This document shows positions 1-9,015 of a stretch of DNA of 32,000 bases, piece after piece. The position numbers and the translations under genes were made by a program. Source of the DNA: Promethearchaeum syntrophicum (GTDB taxonomy: Archaea; Asgardarchaeota; Lokiarchaeia; Sigyniarchaeales; Promethearchaeaceae); contig NZ_CP042905.2 of assembly GCF_008000775.2 (NCBI RefSeq), forward strand, positions 1,920,001 through 1,952,000, read 5' to 3'. The notes under the pieces were generated by a model, which did not search any database, was not told where the DNA came from, and saw nothing but the letters and a program-made list of their open reading frames with translations. The first letter of the stretch is position 1. Each line of letters starts with the position of its first letter.

Positions 1-98
1 TGGATTCTCTTCCCTTTAGAAACTCTTCTTTTGATGGAATTTTCTCAATAGCCTCACTGCATCATCTAAGAAGTTTAAAAGAACGTCATAATACGATA

Positions 99-422
99 AT
101 GGAGATAAATAGGATTGGGAGAAGAAATGCCCTTGTTTCTATAACAGTTTGGCGGTTTTATCAAAAAAAATTTCTAAAACAGTTTTTGGAACAATTAAAC
201 AACTCCTTTGATATAAAGGATAATTCTGAGATAGGAGATGTAATTGTTCCATGGATTGTGTCCCAAAAAGGAGGAGAAAAGAAAATTGAACGTTTTTACC
301 ATCTCTTTAGAGTTGTAGAATTCAGACGATTGATGTCTAAATTTGAGAAAATACATAAATCCACAATGGGAAAAGGAAAAAAAAAAGATAATTTTATTTT
401 TATAGGTAGAATAGCTAAATAA
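99..422 (+). CDS. hypothetical protein, 107 aa, no family recognised
   Basis: Open reading frame only; biased K/F-rich composition; could be spurious. Confidence 0.3.
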   Translation: MEINRIGRRNALVSITVWRFYQKKFLKQFLEQLNNSFDIKDNSEIGDVIVPWIVSQKGGEKKIERFYHLFRVVEFRRLMSKFEKIHKSTMGKGKKKDNFIFIGRIAK

Positions 423-428
423 TTAACT

Positions 429-941
429 CTAATTTGCGTGACATTGGATGGAGTTAATAAAATTCAATATTGCTTCTTTATAATAATCAAATGCATTTGC
501 TAAACAATTTGCATGAATATGGAACAACCTTTGAGTTAGTTCACAAAAGAAGGTTGCATGAATAACTTTTGATACAAAATATCGTCTTCTATTCATCTGC
601 TGCCTGTTTCCGTACCAGATTGTCATTTCATGGGATAAATGCCATAGACTTTTCTCTATCTTAGATGTTGTGACATTAATCAAAGCATAATTTTGAATAG
701 ACTCGTTAACTATCTTCCCAAGGTGAAAATGACTGGCTTCTAACTTTTTCCATTCAATTGTAATATCTGAATCAGCTCCCCACACATCATCTGAAATTTG
801 AACGGATTTAAATTCGATTCTACCCTCGTCAAGATTTCCCTCCTTTTTAATAAATTTTTTATCACTTGAATAGATATTTGAAATTTTATTAATTACAATC
901 TGGTTTTCTATATTTAGATATTTCCAATTCTTTTGGAGCAT
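429..941 (-). CDS. hypothetical protein, 170 aa
   Basis: Open reading frame with plausible soluble composition; no recognised motif. Confidence 0.5.
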   Translation of the reverse strand: MLQKNWKYLNIENQIVINKISNIYSSDKKFIKKEGNLDEGRIEFKSVQISDDVWGADSDITIEWKKLEASHFHLGKIVNESIQNYALINVTTSKIEKSLWHLSHEMTIWYGNRQQMNRRRYFVSKVIHATFFCELTQRLFHIHANCLANAFDYYKEAILNFINSIQCHAN

Positions 942-1037
942 AATTTATTCTTTACGTCCGTAAATAAAAACATTTTACGCTTCTGATTAAAATTCAGAAA
1001 TGAAAAATTTTTTTTTAAATGGAGTTTTCAAGATGAC

Positions 1038-1517
1038 ATGAACCGAATTATTCGCTTTAGTTTAAAGGAAGTCAAAAAATCGGGTTTAAATATTAAATTG
1101 CTCAAATTCAATAATGTAAAAGTTGATGTGAGAAGAAAAACCGAAAAACCAGCAAATATTGAACTCCTTAAAAAAATGAAGTTAGATCCTTTACCTATAG
1201 GTGGTCAAAAGAAGCCTAAAAAAGTAAAATCAACTAAATCTGCTAAAATTGAAACAGAAGTAAAGGAAATAAAAGAAAAAACAGATGACAAACCCGTTAG
1301 TAAAGAAATAGCTAAATCAGTTCCAAAAAAATCAAAAATATCTAATTTAGAAGATTTAGAAGGAATGGAGCCAAAATATTTGAAAAAATTAACTGATTTA
1401 GGAATTGATTCTCCTTCGAAGATTATGGATGAAGATTTTAAGGAACTTGCTAAATTAATTAGATCAACTCAAAAATTAATTAAAAGTTGGCGAGCTCAAA
1501 TTACTGGGGAAGAATAA
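1038..1517 (+). CDS. ribosomal protein L13e-like protein with a C-terminal helix-hairpin-helix-like domain
   Basis: N-terminus FSLKEVKKSGL..KLLKFNNVKVDVRRKTEKPANIELLKKMK resembles the eukaryotic/archaeal L13e core (FSLEELRVAGI...IGISVDPRRRNKS.E.L..NVQRLKEYR). C-terminus LEGMEPKYLKKLTDLGIDSPSKIMDEDFKELAKLIR resembles an HhH helical domain. A charged linker separates them. Confidence 0.7.
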   Translation: MNRIIRFSLKEVKKSGLNIKLLKFNNVKVDVRRKTEKPANIELLKKMKLDPLPIGGQKKPKKVKSTKSAKIETEVKEIKEKTDDKPVSKEIAKSVPKKSKISNLEDLEGMEPKYLKKLTDLGIDSPSKIMDEDFKELAKLIRSTQKLIKSWRAQITGEE

Positions 1518-1519
1518 GC

Positions 1520-2185
1520 TTAATTGGCAATTTCTGCCAATGGAGATTTTATAATATCTATTTTTTTCAGTTTTTTTAGAATTTCAGCTACTTTTTCATG
1601 TGGGATATTTGTTTTTTCTGAAATCTGAAGAGGAGATAATGATCCTCTGCAAATATTAGCAATTGATAAGTCTTCTTCGGAAATTATTTCCATCTTAAGT
1701 AATTTTTCCAAAGTTGAGTCACTCACAATTAATTTTGGTCGATTTTCTGCGATTCTTCCGTCTCGAGTTAGCATTTCGATTTCAATAATAAATGAATTAA
1801 AAATTTCTTTTTTATTCGTTTGTAAGAATTTATCTATATCCATACTATGTTTTTGCCAAAATCTCCTACCCAATGTATCTAAAACCGATAATATTTTTTC
1901 CTTAATATCATCAACATCAGATAAGCAGCATAATAAGATTTTTGCTGGATGGTAATAGTGAATTATTATACTAAATTTATCGATCATTAAAATGCGGGAA
2001 AAATTAGATAGGGCTCTATTTTCTTGTATATTAGAACGTATATCATCCATAATATCGTTGATTACTTGAAAAAAATCACCAAATTCTTTAGATTGAGGAT
2101 AGTCTCGATATTCTATAATGGATAATCCCGTTTCACCATCAATAATATAGATCGCATGCAACATCATAAAACTATTACCAACCAA
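1520..2185 (-). CDS. longin-like N-terminal domain plus winged-helix-like C-terminus
   Basis: N-terminus MLHAIYIIDGETGLSIIEYRDYP...IIIHYYHPAKILLCCLSDVDDIKEKILSVLDTLGRRF matches the alternating strand pattern and spacing of longin/profilin-like folds. C-terminus LSIANICRGSLSPLQISEKTNIPHEKVAEILKKLKKIDII looks like an HTH. Confidence 0.55.
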   Translation of the reverse strand: MVGNSFMMLHAIYIIDGETGLSIIEYRDYPQSKEFGDFFQVINDIMDDIRSNIQENRALSNFSRILMIDKFSIIIHYYHPAKILLCCLSDVDDIKEKILSVLDTLGRRFWQKHSMDIDKFLQTNKKEIFNSFIIEIEMLTRDGRIAENRPKLIVSDSTLEKLLKMEIISEEDLSIANICRGSLSPLQISEKTNIPHEKVAEILKKLKKIDIIKSPLAEIAN

Positions 2186-2265
2186 CTTATTTATAATTGG
2201 TTGTCAGAATTATTTTTAAATTTTAATCACAAAATATATCAAACCTAAAAAGATATTATTTTTGA

Positions 2266-3552
2266 ATGAGCCAAATATTTAATAAAAAAACTAAAGCAAT
2301 CATCCTAGTCATTTTAAGCATATATTCTCCCCTTTTAATCAGTATTACAATTGAGAGTGCGAATTCTGCTAATGGCGATATTTTTTTTAATGATAATAGT
2401 TCTATCACCTATGAGCTTACTTATACTATTGAATATCAATCCTTTAGATCAGCTTCAACATTTTTTAAAGCTTGGGTCCCAAGGATAGAAAATTGGTCTA
2501 CAGATCAAACTAGTAAATTAATATCTCAAATAAATCCTGAAAATGTAATAGATCAAACTTTTGATGAATATGACATATACAATAATTCTTATGACTATTA
2601 TTACAAAGAAATGGAAGGACTAAATGGAGATCAGTCATTTTATTTGCAGTACAAATATGAGATAACCTCTTCTGGATTTAAATATGAGATTCCCGATAAT
2701 ATAACACTCGATAATTATGATACAAGCTCAAATCTTTACCAATATTATACTTCATATCAACCTTATACTGAAATAAATGATACTAATATTATGAATACCG
2801 CATTAAATGTAACAGATGGGAAATCTTCCTTAAATGAAATGATAGAAGCGATTTATTTATATGTGGTTGAAAATCTTCTCTATGAAGTGTTACCTGATGC
2901 TATTGGAGCTGCTGAAGCTCTCTCGACCAAAGTGGGGGATTGTTCAGAATATTCTTCTCTCATGGTTGCTTTATTAAGAACAGTTGGCATTCCTGCCAGA
3001 AAAGTCCTAGGAATCGCACTCACTGACGAGGATCCTGAAGAACAAATACCGAAATATGATGTAAAAGTTGGGGATGTTTGGTCTTATTCATCAGATTTAA
3101 ATAATGTTCCAGGTCATGCTTGGGTACAATATTATATCCCGGAAATTGGATGGGTTTCTGCTGATCCAACATGGGGAAATGGAGTATATAAAAATAATCC
3201 AGAATATGTTTTAGAATACCTAAATCAAATGGATTATATTCATTTAATAACTTCGGTCGGAGATTATTACGGAGTGGGGATAGAACCTCCATTAGATCTT
3301 ATTGATTCAGATGAGGAAGGAATTGCCGAAATTCCATTCGTCTATGCAATAGGGAATGCTGGATCGTCTTATTCCGAGATATCATTAACTTATGATTTTA
3401 AAGTTATTGATGTAAATTTATCAGGGGTTTCCACAATAGGAATTCCTAATATGTTTATCTTTATAGGTATCGGTGGTGGAATCTTTCTATTATTTGCCTT
3501 AATCGGAATTGCAGGTATTAGGAAAAGAAATAAAAAGGGAAATTATAGATAA
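2266..3552 (+). CDS. secreted, membrane-anchored transglutaminase-like (cysteine protease fold) protein
   Basis: N-terminal hydrophobic signal; core GDCSEYSSLMVALLRTVGIPARKVLG...HAWVQYYIPEIGWVSADPTWG holds the Cys/His/Asp triad; C-terminal TM FIFIGIGGGIFLLFALIGIAGIRKRNKK. Confidence 0.88.
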   Translation: MSQIFNKKTKAIILVILSIYSPLLISITIESANSANGDIFFNDNSSITYELTYTIEYQSFRSASTFFKAWVPRIENWSTDQTSKLISQINPENVIDQTFDEYDIYNNSYDYYYKEMEGLNGDQSFYLQYKYEITSSGFKYEIPDNITLDNYDTSSNLYQYYTSYQPYTEINDTNIMNTALNVTDGKSSLNEMIEAIYLYVVENLLYEVLPDAIGAAEALSTKVGDCSEYSSLMVALLRTVGIPARKVLGIALTDEDPEEQIPKYDVKVGDVWSYSSDLNNVPGHAWVQYYIPEIGWVSADPTWGNGVYKNNPEYVLEYLNQMDYIHLITSVGDYYGVGIEPPLDLIDSDEEGIAEIPFVYAIGNAGSSYSEISLTYDFKVIDVNLSGVSTIGIPNMFIFIGIGGGIFLLFALIGIAGIRKRNKKGNYR

Positions 3553-4958
3553 GTCTGAATTAGAAGTTTGATTCGTTCTTTAAATTTAGGAAAATGTCTT
3601 TCAAATTTTTTTCTTATATTTTCTTCATTATTTGTTAAAGTAAGGAGATATAGAGAATTATCATCCAAGTTAAAATGATTAAATAGAACCATGCTATTTT
3701 CCATCTGCCAAAGAGCTTGATTTTTTGTGATTAACTTAAAATCTGTGAATGTTCTGAATAAATTTTGAAAATGCGGCGCAGAAATCTCTGAAACAAGTTC
3801 AATATCTTTATCAATTGCATAATCACTTAAAATTAAAGAACTTTCATTAAGTAGAAGCATAGCTTGCGCATTTAATTTCGAAGCAAACCATTGTAATTGA
3901 GCAGCAAAAATTTCTTTATTCGGACTAAGTGCATTAATTCCTTCGGAAAATGATTTATTGAGTGAATAAGCCTCGAAAATGGAAGTGTTGAAGAAATGAA
4001 TTGTAAATCCTGTAGAGAATTCAGTGAATTTTTTCTTTAATTTTTCTAGTTTTGCTTTTAGTTCCGGAGTGTCTGAGATATCAGGATCCATTTTATGGAA
4101 ATTAATTATTATTGGTGGATATTGATTGAAGGCTCTCAATATTCCTATAAGCTTACCGAAATATTCAAAAGATTCTTCAAATCTATTATCATCGCGAATA
4201 TCAATGAAGTAAAATAATAAATTGGTATCATAAAGGTACAGATCTGCATTTTTAATATAAGATCTGCGGTATTTTTCTTGCCCTCCAAGATCCCAATCCA
4301 TTATTTGATGTCCTAATACGTTAATTTCTGATCTTTCTATCCCTTTTGTAGGTCTGATTTCAGTAAGTTCACTAAATTTTTCGTGCAATGCTCGTAAATA
4401 TGAAGTTTTTCCTGAATTTCCCAATCCCACAAAAAGAACTTTTAATTTTCTCGATAATTCAATGGGAGTATTAACTTCTGAAATATAATTCTCCACCTTT
4501 TGAGCTAAAGAATTAATTAAATCTCCAATTTCCTCATGGGAAACACCCTCATAAGCTAGCAATTTTGCTGTTTCGGCAAGCATAATTGATAGTTGTTTTG
4601 TATTTTCATAAAGGAAATATGAACGTTTATCTTCAACTAATAAGGAAATAGTAGCTGCTTTCGCTTTTCCTCTGGCAGATTCATCTTTGATTAAAAAGAA
4701 ATAGGTTAAACCAGTGAGTTCCAAATCAGGAAATGGTAAAATTCCAAAATATTTTACTGAATCGAAGAAATTTCCACCCTGGTAGATTTGTTCACCCATC
4801 AAAAGACTTATAGATTTCATCGCGATAATCATCCGATTGTCTTCAGATATAATATCTGGAACACATATCTTTGGAACTGGGCCTTCTTTTTCAAAAACAG
4901 ATAAAATTATGGTGGATGATGTTTCATTCTTGCTGGAAAAGTCTTTTGTTTCTACCAT
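3543..4958 (-). CDS. longin-like + Rag/Gtr-like GTPase + C-terminal roadblock-like domain
   Basis: G1 GLGNSGKTS, G2 region RPTKG, G3 WDLGGQEKYR, G4 HKMD, G5-region FFNTSIFEAYSLNKSFSEGINALSPN resembling RagA F.RTSIWDETLYKAWS.....L.PN; C-terminus matches the alpha/beta pattern of the Rag CRD. Confidence 0.85.
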   Translation of the reverse strand: MVETKDFSSKNETSSTIILSVFEKEGPVPKICVPDIISEDNRMIIAMKSISLLMGEQIYQGGNFFDSVKYFGILPFPDLELTGLTYFFLIKDESARGKAKAATISLLVEDKRSYFLYENTKQLSIMLAETAKLLAYEGVSHEEIGDLINSLAQKVENYISEVNTPIELSRKLKVLFVGLGNSGKTSYLRALHEKFSELTEIRPTKGIERSEINVLGHQIMDWDLGGQEKYRRSYIKNADLYLYDTNLLFYFIDIRDDNRFEESFEYFGKLIGILRAFNQYPPIIINFHKMDPDISDTPELKAKLEKLKKKFTEFSTGFTIHFFNTSIFEAYSLNKSFSEGINALSPNKEIFAAQLQWFASKLNAQAMLLLNESSLILSDYAIDKDIELVSEISAPHFQNLFRTFTDFKLITKNQALWQMENSMVLFNHFNLDDNSLYLLTLTNNEENIRKKFERHFPKFKERIKLLIQTYL

Positions 4959-5053
4959 CTAATTTGAGCCTCAAATTTCTTTACTTTCAAAAAATAAAAA
5001 CTAATTTAATTTAATTTATTATTTGCTAATTATAAACATATTAGGTAATTCTT

Positions 5054-5920
5054 TTGGATGATACAAAAAATACAAAAAATCTTCTCGAGAAGTTAAAAAA
5101 AGAATTAGTACTTTTATACGAATATAGTGAAAAACCTTCGAGATTTCCGATAGAATATCACTCAGGTATGGAAGTTTTAGAAGATATTAATCTCTCTAAA
5201 TCATATAATGAGAAAACAACAAAAAGAAAAGAGTACTGGTCAAAAAAAGATCATAAAATTGAAAATCAAAAAAGGGAAATGTATAAGAATTTTCAAAAGT
5301 TTCAACCCCATAATATAATCAGAAATAAAGATAAAACATACACTTATTCTCCACATGAAAGGACTTATTCATCGCTTTTCCAATGTATCAAAGATCTTAC
5401 TGAAAAATTCTCAATTGAAGATTTACTTACTGGATTCACCTGGCAAGAATTTGAACAATTTATAACCTCTGCTTTGGATCATTATGGTTATCACGCTTTT
5501 AGAACATTTAGATACACTGTAAATAAGAAACGTCATGAAGTCGATGTCATTGCCCGTGAACGTAATGATATATTGTTTATTGATGCTAAAAGGTGGAACT
5601 CTAAAACTGCAAATGAATCTGCCCTAATCAAAGCAGCTCAAGAACAATATCTAAGAGCGCAGAAGCTTGTATTAAATCCAAAAATTGCAGGCCAATTACT
5701 CCAAAAATTACATATACCAATAAATCAAAAATTTAAAAGCTGTAATATCTACTCAATTATCTTAGTTTCGAGTAATTTGAAGGAAATTATTACTGCTGAT
5801 GGGATACCTATTTTGGATTTTGCCCGATTTAATGCTTTTCTTAATAATTTTCACTCTACAAAAAGTAATTTAAAAAGTGTTAAGTTGTCCAAAGTAATAT
5901 TTCAAAAAAAACTACTATGA
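5054..5920 (+). CDS. PD-(D/E)XK (Mrr/RecB-like) nuclease-like protein
   Basis: FTWQEFEQFITSALDHYGYHAFRTFRYTVNKKRHEVDVIARERNDILFIDAKRW: core helix followed by EVDVIA...FIDAK, a plausible D...(E/D)xK catalytic motif. Confidence 0.72.
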   Translation: MDDTKNTKNLLEKLKKELVLLYEYSEKPSRFPIEYHSGMEVLEDINLSKSYNEKTTKRKEYWSKKDHKIENQKREMYKNFQKFQPHNIIRNKDKTYTYSPHERTYSSLFQCIKDLTEKFSIEDLLTGFTWQEFEQFITSALDHYGYHAFRTFRYTVNKKRHEVDVIARERNDILFIDAKRWNSKTANESALIKAAQEQYLRAQKLVLNPKIAGQLLQKLHIPINQKFKSCNIYSIILVSSNLKEIITADGIPILDFARFNAFLNNFHSTKSNLKSVKLSKVIFQKKLL

Positions 5921-5927
5921 ATTATTT

Positions 5928-6953
5928 TTAAATAATTCCTTGTAGTAAAGTTATAAAAGAATCGATTTTTTCACGCAAGAGGTGTTCTCCTCTCTTAGGA
6001 GTCATAATAATTAGAAAAAGGGGTTCAGAAGCTCGTTTAATGCGGAATTGATCAGTGAAAAATCGTTTGTTTCCTCGTTCTATAATCATTGATTGTTCCC
6101 CTTGAACGTCATCTTCTAAGGAATCGTTCAGAGTAAGAAAATACGGAGTAGATTTCGTTAATATTTGCTTTGATTCTTCATTCTCGAAAAATTGTCCTAT
6201 TACCAGAGAATTAGAGTCCAAAACTAAGATTGCATTGCAATTTGAATCCAAAGATTCTGCAAATTCTTGGATTGTCTTATCTAATAACTCAGATTGCGGG
6301 AAAATTTTTAACAATAGATCTGAAAATGATGAAATAATTGACCATAAATCGTAAATTGTCGTGTTTGAATAGGAGACATTGAACTCTTCCTCAATAATAT
6401 TACGAATTTCATCTTTCAACTGTGAAATTAATCCTTCTAGATGGATTCCCTCGTTTTTCGCATAAGTTGGGTCAAATTTATGGAAAAATATGTATATTAG
6501 CGGTGAAATTTCTAATTTTCTGAATTCTTTAATTACATCCGAAAAGTATGAAATCGATTCTTCCATCCGTCCTCGATCTTGAATATCAATTACATAAATG
6601 CAGACATTAGATCTATCGAAATACTTCGTCGGCTCTTTTAAATAAGCGATACGGTATTTTTCTTGCCCCCCTAAATCCCATTCAGAAATATCATTTCCTA
6701 AAAATTCGAAAATTTTGCGTTGCGCTTGTCTAGTCGGTTTTAACATGGCAATCTGTGAAATTTCTTTTTGAAGAACCTTAATAATGCTTGTTTTTCCCGA
6801 GTTATCAAGTCCTGTGAAAAGGATCTTCTCGGAAATTTCCCGAGATTTGGTTTTTTTAATGATGAGAGTTTTTTCAAGATCATATTTTATATTCTTTTTT
6901 TTCCCATGAATATCGTGAGAATCTTGCTCAGATTGGATTTTATGTTCAAGCAT
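5928..6953 (-). CDS. Rag/Gtr-like GTPase with C-terminal roadblock-like domain, no N-terminal longin region
   Basis: G1 GLDNSGKTS, KPTRQ, G3 WDLGGQEKYR, G4 HKFD, G5-region YSNTTIYDLWS; C-terminus ELLDKTIQEFAESLDSNCNAILVLDSNSLVIGQF resembles RagA QQLEMNLRNFAEII.ADEVLLFERATFLVISHY. Confidence 0.85.
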   Translation of the reverse strand: MLEHKIQSEQDSHDIHGKKKNIKYDLEKTLIIKKTKSREISEKILFTGLDNSGKTSIIKVLQKEISQIAMLKPTRQAQRKIFEFLGNDISEWDLGGQEKYRIAYLKEPTKYFDRSNVCIYVIDIQDRGRMEESISYFSDVIKEFRKLEISPLIYIFFHKFDPTYAKNEGIHLEGLISQLKDEIRNIIEEEFNVSYSNTTIYDLWSIISSFSDLLLKIFPQSELLDKTIQEFAESLDSNCNAILVLDSNSLVIGQFFENEESKQILTKSTPYFLTLNDSLEDDVQGEQSMIIERGNKRFFTDQFRIKRASEPLFLIIMTPKRGEHLLREKIDSFITLLQGII

Positions 6954-7257
6954 TGTATGTATTTTCCCCCACTCAATAAAGTAGTAGTATTATACCCCTA
7001 AAAAGTATTTGTAATTCCTTGTTTACCGATTGATAAATTTCTTAGAATATTTTTAATAATTTCGTTTTGAGAAATATTATTTAATCTGATAATTTACAGA
7101 AATTTTTTTTGATATATAAATGGAAAAAAAAGACGGCTATATAAAATAATGGGATCAATTTGAGAGGATTAATATTTGGATTGGAGTTTTTTAACCCCAC
7201 GAATTTTATGAGAGATGTTCTTCGATTATTGATAGCAATTTAAAGAGGGTATTGGGA

Positions 7258-8091
7258 TTATTTGAGAATTTTAAGTCCATTTGGTAAATCGAATGAAATT
7301 TTTTGGGAGATTTGCAGGAGGGCGGGATCTGTATACGGCAGAGAGTTTTCGAGGATTTTTTGGATGGTGGGGGTGGCTTCATGGATGAGGCGTTCAATGA
7401 GGGCGGGAGGCATGGCGGATGGGTTTGAGATATAATCGTGGGCGAGTTTTTCGACGGGAGTTTTAAAGTATTCGTAGAGGGGAGGGAGGTTTTCGTGAAT
7501 GAAAGCCTTTTGAAGTCGTTCATGATAGATTTGAACTTCTTTAATTTCGTTTGGTTTGGATTCATTTGGGTTGGATTCGAGTGTGCTGAATTTGAGCGGG
7601 TCAGATTCGAGTGTGCTGAATTTGAGTGAGTCAGATTCGAGTGTGTTGAATTTCGATGGTTCGATGGAATCTGAGTTGATGCAGTTTTTAAATAGTTTCA
7701 TACCGTGGGGAGCGAAATCAAAAAGTGTGGAGCTGTCTGTGTAATAAGGAAGTAAGTAGTGAAGAAATGGGAGTGATAAACCCGAGAGTGAGCGAATTTT
7801 TGTAGGAGTATTGAAAATAATTAATGTTTCTGATATTTTGTAATCTTCATTGAACTCATCGAAAATCTTTTTAAAATCCGTGTTTTCGGGGAAAGAGGGG
7901 AATCCTTCGAAGGAGTGGATTAGGCAGTTTTCAAATGTAAATCCAAAGAAACTGTTAGGAAAGGATGACTCTTTAACAAAGGAAAAATCTTTTATGATGT
8001 AATCCTCAACAAATAGGTGGTTATGCTGAATCTTCCCGGGTAAATCGAATGGACCGGCGATTTTAAATTGAACATAATCATCAGATCCCAT
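7258..8091 (-). CDS. orphan hypothetical protein with an in-frame 10-aa tandem repeat
   Basis: The ORF track starts at 8223, but the first 44 aa are low-complexity hydrophobic from an AT-rich region. The internal start MGSDDYVQ at 8091 is more plausible. The protein contains LKFSTLESDP repeats. Confidence 0.55.
   Translation of the reverse strand: MGSDDYVQFKIAGPFDLPGKIQHNHLFVEDYIIKDFSFVKESSFPNSFFGFTFENCLIHSFEGFPSFPENTDFKKIFDEFNEDYKISETLIIFNTPTKIRSLSGLSLPFLHYLLPYYTDSSTLFDFAPHGMKLFKNCINSDSIEPSKFNTLESDSLKFSTLESDPLKFSTLESNPNESKPNEIKEVQIYHERLQKAFIHENLPPLYEYFKTPVEKLAHDYISNPSAMPPALIERLIHEATPTIQKILENSLPYTDPALLQISQKISFDLPNGLKILK
7571..7660. repeat. three tandem copies of a 30-bp unit
   Basis: (T/TC)(G/A)GATTCGAGTGTG(C/T)TGAATTT... 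units at 7571-7600, 7601-7630 and 7631-7660, last copy diverging at its 3' end. Confidence 0.9.
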
Positions 8092-8123
8092 AAATATATT
8101 ATAATAACATAAATATTTAATTG

Positions 8124-8162
8124 TTGTGGGAAGCGGAAATAAAAGCAAAAAAAGCGGAAATA
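8124..8162 (+). repeat. left arm of an imperfect inverted repeat
   Basis: TTGTGGGAAGCGGAAATAAAAGCAAAAAAAGCGGAAATA. GGAAATAAAAGCAAAAAA (8135-8152) has an exact reverse complement at 9016-9033. Confidence 0.75.
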
Positions 8163-8454
8163 GTTTGAAAAAAGCAGAAAAAAACACAAAAAAATTAATA
8201 CTAAAAAATAAAATTGCTTCCAAAAAAAGATATTACCCAGCTTAAAAAGATAAATCTGTAACTCGTCTTTTTCTATCTTAAGAGGGTTCAAAATATAAGT
8301 GATTTCTAACTTTTCATCAGAAATGTTTTAAATTCATCTGCGAAGCTTCGATTTTGCCAATTTTCATGGACTTCCATTAAAAATCTCCGATATAAATAGC
8401 GAGAAAAAAAACAAATAAAAATTTTTTTTACCCCCCCCATATCACCCATACAAA

Positions 8455-8860
8455 AAAGAGAGTTGCAAATTTATCTTTGTTTTGGCTCTTTTTTTGGACC
8501 TTTTTTAAGTATAGTCTTAGATTTATCTTTGTTTCTGGACCTTTTTTAGGCAAAGTTGCAATTTTATCTTTGCTTCTGGACCTTTTACCAGGCTTTTTTT
8601 AGACTAAGTTGCAAATTTATCTTTTTTTGGGAGCATTTTGAAGCAAAGTTGCAGAATTATCTTTGCTAAAACATCATTAATGTCAAAAATATTGATTTGT
8701 CCATCTTTGTTTAAATGGTGAAATTTGAATTTTAGAGAAAAAAGAGAGTTGCAAATTTATCTTTTGGAATTAAAAATAATCGAAGTTTTTATACCCCTTT
8801 TCCGTAGTATAACCTTTTTTTTTTAGAGAAAAAAAAGAATTATAAATTTATCTTTTGGTA
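8455..8860. repeat. degenerate tandem array built on AGTTGCAAATTTATCTTTG ... TTCTGGACCTTTTTTAGG
   Basis: The ATCTTT core recurs at 8473, 8525, 8566, 8619, 8659, 8703 (weak), 8759 and 8850. The first spacings alternate 52/41/53/40, giving a ~93-bp higher-order unit. Confidence 0.8.
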
Positions 8861-9015
8861 AAAAATCACCACGTAGATTTGAAAGTTTCATTTTTTTACT
8901 GATCCATTTCATTTGAGATTCAATATTTTTTGCATTTATTTCCGTTATCTTTGTTATGAGCCCTTGTTATTAATTCTGGGAAAGAAAAATCACAATTTTT
9001 TGAATTTATTTCTGC

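Noticed and set aside
1-98. Tail of a minus-strand coding region (reads ...YYDVLLNFLDDAVRLLRKFHQKKSF*)
   Set aside because: Looks protein-like but a stop occurs about 45 codons upstream in frame and no start codon is found, so it cannot be supported as a gene.
3020-3292. Minus-strand 90-aa ORF
   Set aside because: Antisense to the transglutaminase-like catalytic core, which has clear motifs.
6768-7001. Plus-strand 77-aa ORF
   Set aside because: Mostly antisense to the N-terminal part of the 5928-6953 GTPase; no independent support.
7438-7744. Plus-strand ORFs at 7438-7629 and 7556-7744
   Set aside because: They lie antisense to the longer 7258-8091 ORF and are open because the 30-bp repeat unit preserves frame on both strands.
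8092-8223. N-terminal 44 aa of the 7258-8223 ORF as a signal peptide or TM domain
   Set aside because: Hydrophobic Phe/Leu run comes from poly-A/T-rich non-coding sequence that overlaps the left inverted-repeat arm; the internal MGSDDYVQ start is more plausible.
8341-8350. 10-bp perfect palindrome CGAAGCTTCG
   Set aside because: Single short site with no second copy or context; expected by chance.
8455-8860. Possible CRISPR array
   Set aside because: The repeats are imperfect, spacing varies (40-100 bp), companion blocks also repeat so there are no unique spacers, and no cas genes are visible.
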